A stretch of 64,000 nt of DNA from the human T2T-CHM13v2.0 reference genome, Homo sapiens. Made by a program: the position numbers and the translations under genes. Under the pieces are notes generated by a model, which was not told the DNA's origin, searched no databases, and saw only the letters and a list, made by a program, of their open reading frames with translations. The stretch lies in the NCBI RefSeq assembly GCF_009914755.1, contig NC_060926.1; one strand, written 5' to 3'. Shown here piece by piece: positions 57,936 through 64,000 of this stretch (positions within the stretch are counted from its first letter, which is position 1; each line of letters starts with the position of its first letter).

Positions 57936-58389
57936 GTCTGTGATAATTTATCTTGTTAGACACAAATACAGATTTAGGACACTAAAAAGCATCTTCTTTT
58001 TTTTTTTTTTTTTGTAATGTGGTGACCATGTGAATGACCCAGATGCTTATACTTATTAACAGTATCATAGTTGATTTTTTCCTTAAACTTTAAAAATGGT
58101 AATTAAGACCGAAAGCTGAGGACAAATGTGGTGGTAAGTATTTCCCAGTTAAAAGGGCTCATCATTAGGCATTAAGTACACCATTTACGACATAAGAGGA
58201 ACAAAATGACAGCTTTCTCCTTTCTCATGGAAGAGAGAGAACAATGAGGTCTGCATGGAGAAACATACCGTGCTTGTTACTCTGCAAACCTCACTGCATG
58301 GTCACATGACCAAGGTGGCACTCTGCCATCTGGACATCTATCTCCTTCACCAGCCAGTTGCAAACCACTCATTCTGGCCAAGGGCCAAT

Positions 58390-58943
58390 ATTGAACAGCA
58401 CTTGCAAATCACTTCAAATCCCCTCAGTCTACCTCTTCAGCCACTGTCGTGGTGAACAGTTCCACACAGACTTAGCAGCTTCCCTCAGGTACCACTGGAC
58501 AGCAGCTTTCCTTGAGACAGCTTTCCTCCCATGTGCCTCTTTCTTCCTGTCCCACACTTCTCAGGTGCCATGGCTTTGGGTTCCAGTGAGGACCAGCTTG
58601 GCACTCATGCATGCACAGCCTGGAGGTGTGGGGAAATGGATGCCTACAAAGCCATCTATGATGCAGGAGGTGGAAACTGATGAATCAATGCTTCCCCTTT
58701 TCATTACGTGGCAGCATTCTAAGATATATTTCAGAAGAATCCGGAAAAGGTCCTGTGGATTGAACATCAGTCACCCATAATGGCAGCCAGTTTGTAAACA
58801 CATCCTTTGATTGATTCTCCCTTTTTCTTGTTTCACTCTCCCAGGTCCTAACCCCTGCACTCTGGACTCATTTCCCAGATAAACTACCCACATGCAAGCC
58901 TTTATTTCAGGGTCTTCTTTCTGAGATCCAGAGTACGCTAAAG
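58390..58943 (+). mobile_element. LTR16-like ERVL LTR
   Basis: TTCCCAGATAAACTACCCACATGCAAGCCTT..TCAGGGTC end motif. Confidence 0.55.
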
Positions 58944-59221
58944 TCCATGGAGCTGCTGGTGGGAATTCATATTATAGGTGCCCAAGGAACAGTGCTCCAA
59001 CTCAAGGCCAGCAGTCAGGGGAAAGAGAGGGCGCCAGGAAAGCTAGGCTGGGGCTCCTGTGACCTTAAGGCCCCAGTCTCTGTGTTCACCTGTATTGCAT
59101 ATCTGTCTGTTTCTGGCTGATGTGCTCATTAGTGGCATGGAAACTAGACAAGGCGGCTACTCTGTAAGGCATAAATGTGTTCTGTAAACTAGAACTTCAA
59201 TATGATTTAAAATACTTAATG

Positions 59222-60270
59222 TGTGTGGTAATTCCCTTCCAAGGTGGACTCTAATGGTTCTTGTCTTCTCAAAGTCATGCCCTACAGTCCCCTTCCACAG
59301 TGGACAAGGCTCACTGGGTAATCAGTAGGATATTGCAGAAACAATATTGAGTGGTCTATTCAAGACTAGGTCATGAAGGATACTGTAGCCTCCACCTTGC
59401 TCTCTCGAATCCCTTGCTCTGGAAAAACCAGCTGCTAAATCACAAGAACATTCAAGAAACCCTGTGGAGATGTCCATGTGGCAAAAAACCAAGGCCTCCT
59501 GCCCACAGCCAGCAACAACCCACCAGCTGTGTTAGTTTCCTATTGCTACTATAATGAATTACCACAAACTCAGTGGCTTAAAACAGCACAAATTTATTAT
59601 CTTACAGTTTTGGGGATCAGAAGTCTAAAATCAGTCTCACCAGGCTAGTCAAGGGGTTGGCAGGGCTTCTGGAGACTCTGAAGGGAGAATGTGTTTTCTT
59701 GCCTTTTTCAGCTGTTTGAGGCCACCTTCATTTCTTCCCTTGTATCACTCCAACCTTTTGCTTCTGCCTTCACATCTTCTACTACTCACCCTACTCCTCT
59801 TGCTTCCCTCTTAAAAGGATCCCCATGATTACATTGGGCCCACATGGATAGTCCAGGATAATCTTCCACCTCAATATCTTAATATAATCACACCTCAAGA
59901 TCTTAATGTAATCACACCTGCAAAAACCCTTTTAACATATTAACAAATTTTGGGGATTAGGACAGGGACGTCTTTAGTGTGGCCGTTATTCAGTCTACCA
60001 CACCAACTGTGAGAGTGAGCTACCTTGGAGGCAGACCTACCATCACCACCCAAGCCATCAGATGATCTGCAACCTCTGCTGACAACTGGACTGCAAAAAT
60101 GCCCAGCTAAGCCATTCCTAAAGTCCTGATCCACAGAAACTTTGTGAGATGATACAAAGTTTGTATTATTTTGTTGTTTGTTATAATAGTTTGTTTAATT
60201 ATTTCGTTTTTTATGATTGTCATAAGCCGTTAAATTGTGGGATGACTTGTTACCCAGCAATAGATAATAC
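59222..60270. mobile_element. MLT1 LTR (+) interrupted by a second MLT1 LTR (-, 59528-60002)
   Basis: Inner element TGTGTTAGTTTCCTATTGCT...TTCAGTCTACCACA with flanks CCAGC/CCAAC; outer element continues on both sides. Confidence 0.75.
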
Positions 60271-60523
60271 AAAATGGAAAAGTTTATTAATATTTAAAAG
60301 TCTATTTACATTTTCATAGGAAATTTTAATACTAGATTTATTAAGGAGGAAATGACTTTTAGATTCTTTAGATTCTCAGATTCTATATTATAATTTTAGC
60401 TGTTGGAAATATTTGATTAGTTGTAAATAAATGAATTTACATTTTTACCTACTTAAAAGAATAAAGTTTTTATTGATGCCAAATTCCGAAAAATATAAAA
60501 AGAGATTTAAAAATCTTATTCTG

Positions 60524-60822
60524 GGCCTGGCATAGTGGTTTACACCTGCAATCCCAGTGCTTTGGGACACCAAAGAGGGAGAATCCCTTAAGGCCAGGAG
60601 TTCAAGACCATTCTAGGAAACATAGTGAGACCCCATCCCCCCAAAAAATTTTTTGTTTAAAGTTAGCTAGGCATGGTGGTACATACCTGTAGTCCCAGGT
60701 ATTCACAAGGCTGAGGTGGGAGGATTACTTGAGCTGGGGAGTTCAAGGCTGCAATGAGCTATGAGTGCACCTTTGCTCCCTAGCCTGGGCAACTGAGTGA
60801 GACTGTCTTAGAAAAAAAAAAT
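60524..60822 (+). mobile_element. AluJ-like element
   Basis: Diverged Alu (GGGAGGATTACTTGAGC, GGCTGCAATGAGCTATG); TSD AAAAATCTTATTCTG. Confidence 0.9.
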
Positions 60823-60837
60823 AAAAATCTTATTCTG

Positions 60838-61038
60838 GGCTGATGGAGGGCAGTGAGCGAGAACAGGGAGTGACTGCTAATGACTATGGGTTTTCTTTTG
60901 GGAATGGTGAAAATGTCCTAAAATTAGATTGTGGTTAGGGCTACATAACTCTGTGTTATCAAACTCATATTAAAAACCACTAAATTGCACAATGGACAAA
61001 TTATATGACATATGAATTATATCTCAACAAAGCTGTTA
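60838..61038 (+). mobile_element. L1M (MB-like) 3' fragment inserted in an older L1M 3' UTR
   Basis: GAGTGACTGCTAATG..GGTGAAAATGTCCTAAAATTAGATTGTGG..TGAATTATATCTCAACAAAGCTGTT. Confidence 0.75.
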
Positions 61039-61142
61039 AAAAATCTTATTCAGGCATAACTAATCTGAAGTTAGAAGTCAGGATAATGGTTTCCCTGTGG
61101 AGGGGAGAAGTGACTAAGGAGGCACCACGTGGGCTCTGATGA

Positions 61143-61421
<279 letters not shown>

Positions 61422-62059
61422 TGATTATTATACTTCAATAAGTTTTACCTTTAAAAAATACACAAAAAAGCTGAAATGGCATTATGCAAATCCTAGTTCT
61501 CAGTGATGTGTATAGGAGTACATAATAATCATTGTTCTATCAAACAATGAAGGACATGCATAGAAATGAAAATTGTGACAAGAACGATGACCTTCAGAGT
61601 AGGTTTACTCACCATTCCTGTATGCACATTATTCTTTCCTTACAAAATAATTTATTTTTAAAACATGAGTATATTAATGTAGTATTTATAGAAACTTATC
61701 ATTCTAATAGTTATTATTAGAAAAGCCATGTTTAGAAAGTACATGGAGGCACTTCATTTCAAAAATCTGATACAAAGATTCTGTTCAAAGAAGCAAGCTC
61801 CCTTCATTTCTTACTGAATATTTTGAAAAAATTTCATTTGGAAGTTTTACAAAAATTCAATATTTAGTATCCTTTCTCATGCATTGTATTATGTTTTATC
61901 ATAATATAATGGCATAATATAAAAATAATGTAATAAATTTTGTACCAGTCCCCAGAAAACCTTTAGGTTCATTCATGATGTGCCCATGACTAATATCATT
62001 TTATATGTTTATGATATATTGAGAAATCTCTAGGACACAGTTTTCAAAATGTAGATGTC

Positions 62060-62572
62060 AAGAACTATGAAGTATCTGAGATTTAATCTTACTGCAAACT
62101 AGTAGGTCAGCCTGGCACAGTCACAGATGCTGGCAGAAGCCATGAGATTCCTGTACAGGGACAACAGTCTATTATTCACAACCATAGCAGTAGCCAGAGT
62201 ACCATCAATTTTGCACTAAGTTCATGAAAGTACATTTCCCACATAGCAACATGAAAAGTATCAGGTGATATCTCCACATGCAATGGACTGTGTTATAGGA
62301 GAGGAACCCCAAGCTTTGGGAAACAGAATCTTTTATAACGGGTATTATAGTCTTTTTTTTAATAAACTTTGTCACGCAGGGAGACATTATCTTTATTTTT
62401 ATTTGACAGTAAACAAACCCGCCCTTTGCTCTGGAGGTAAGCATTGTCTACATTCCCAAGGTTGTTCACTGTATAAACATCCTTGAAAAGATAGTCTCCA
62501 TCAAAAACAGTGAGCGCCTATGCTGAAAGGAGTACAGAAACATGAGAGATTAATGGAGAATTGTCTCCCAAC
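62060..62572 (-). mobile_element. ERV solo LTR (unassigned)
   Basis: Minus strand begins TGTTGGGAGACAATTCTCCA; LTR-like length; distal boundary approximate. Confidence 0.55.
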
Positions 62573-63329
62573 AGTTGCTGGGGAGTTCCAAAGGTCCCTG
62601 AGACCTTTACAAGGGGAACCTATTAGGCCAAAACTTTTATGATTATGCTAAAATATTATTTTCAGTTTTCACTTTCATTCTCTCATGAATTTACAGTGGA
62701 GATTTTTAGAGGCTTACATGAAATGAGATGATGGCTACGTTTTTAAAATTTCTGTTCTAATTGCTAACACAGTAGATCTCAATAGACATGGCACACATAA
62801 ACAAAAGCTCTTTGAGATCTTCAGTATTTCTTAGGATGGCAAAGGAGTCCTGAGACCAAAAAGTTTGAGAACTGCTGCCTCAAGACAATCAACAAAGAGA
62901 GAAGACCTTGGAGTGCTGTTTGTATGAGACTCTCTGAGTAGGAAGGGGCCCCTGAGACAATTGTTTCCAGAGATTGAGGGTACTCCAAAGGGAAGAAGAA
63001 GGGGAGGTCAATATTTCTTTCCTGAGCACACGCCTGCTTATGTAGTTGATTGCTGAACTGCTACTATGCTAATCTGAGCAGAAAGAGCAGAAATTCGAAG
63101 AGAAATGACAGGGTGGTGTGAAGAGCCAACAATGCAATTGTGGGCACTCCTGCCCATTGGTGTGGGAAGGTTGCATGATTTTCCTGAGCCACTCAAATGC
63201 TTTATGCAATAATCAAGCTTCAGTCTTCTTGCCAGCACCCCTTTCCCAAAGGGCTGTCCTCTGGATGAAGCTGCAAGAGACTGTGGGTAGGTCACTGGGG
63301 AAAGGAGATGAGAGCCATGGACATTCTAG

Positions 63330-63526
63330 TAAATGCTAGTATATGTTTAACTGACTTTCCAAGAGAAAAAAAGAAAGTAAACCAGAGTTGTAATTTTTGC
63401 TAATTTCTGTAGTGTAAATTTTCTCACCGTGGTCGATTTCAAGCTACCAATGGATTAACAACCAGCTCACAAAATTCCTGAAAATTTAACAATTGGCTGA
63501 TAGGAGCCAGCTTTAGTGTACAACTG
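63330..63526. mobile_element. MER63-like hAT element
   Basis: GATTTCAAGCTACCAA...CAAAATTCCTGAAAATTTAACAATTGGCT. Confidence 0.65.
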
Positions 63527-64000
63527 GATAAAGAGATTGGAATAAGTGAAACCGGGACAGATATCCTATACCCAAAACAATGCGGTGAGTGGGTTCTCCC
63601 ACAAGAACACACTGTGCCCCAAAGTGATTTTGCACTGTGTCCCCCTAAAGAGCTAGTGTCTGGACTGCTACCACATCAAGAAAGTGTAGCCCAAAGAGAA
63701 CCATGTGACAGCACTTATTAAGCAGGACTCAATTATCCCTTTACATAACTCCTATTCCTCCACCCACCCAGTCACCTAGACAGTGGGGACATCAAAAGAA
63801 AGTGAGGACCACACCTTTTCTGTCCTTCAGGTTTCAGGCCATGGGTCAAGCAGCATGAGCTCTGGGCAGAGGAGGGAACTCTATGAGAATGATGTTTTAA
63901 CTGGATTAAAATAAATTAGGCTGGAAGTAACCTAAAAGTAACTGATAAGGAAGGTTTATCCTAGCACAACTGAATGCAGCAAATTGGAGGAGAAAAAAAA

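Overview
Primate (apparently human) genomic DNA. It contains the 5' end of DPP4 (CD26) on the minus strand: coding exons 1-5 with canonical GT-AG junctions, encoding aa 1-122, a ~26 kb intron 2 and a CpG-island promoter with HNF1 and GAS sites. About 35 kb of repeat-rich upstream sequence follows. It holds a TIMM8A processed pseudogene and a full-length THE1 provirus, both nested in one MLT1 LTR; a decayed MER34-family provirus whose env resembles HEMO/ERVMER34-1; and an old EIF3E processed pseudogene interrupted by three later insertions. Many Alu, L1, L2, MaLR/ERV LTR and DNA-transposon fossils are also present. Most ORFs in the supplied track are repeat-derived or chance ORFs. I see no convincing new multi-gene system. 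The best candidate for something undescribed is the THE1-LTR/TIMM8A-retrocopy module, where an upstream ATG in strong Kozak context bypasses the frameshift and gives an 84-aa ORF with both CX3C motifs. Other notable observations are a NAGNAG acceptor in the DPP4 stalk, DPP4 uORFs, a probable L1 3' transduction and a re-used L1 endonuclease target site. Repeat subfamily names and pseudogene symbols are from recall of consensus sequences, not from a search.
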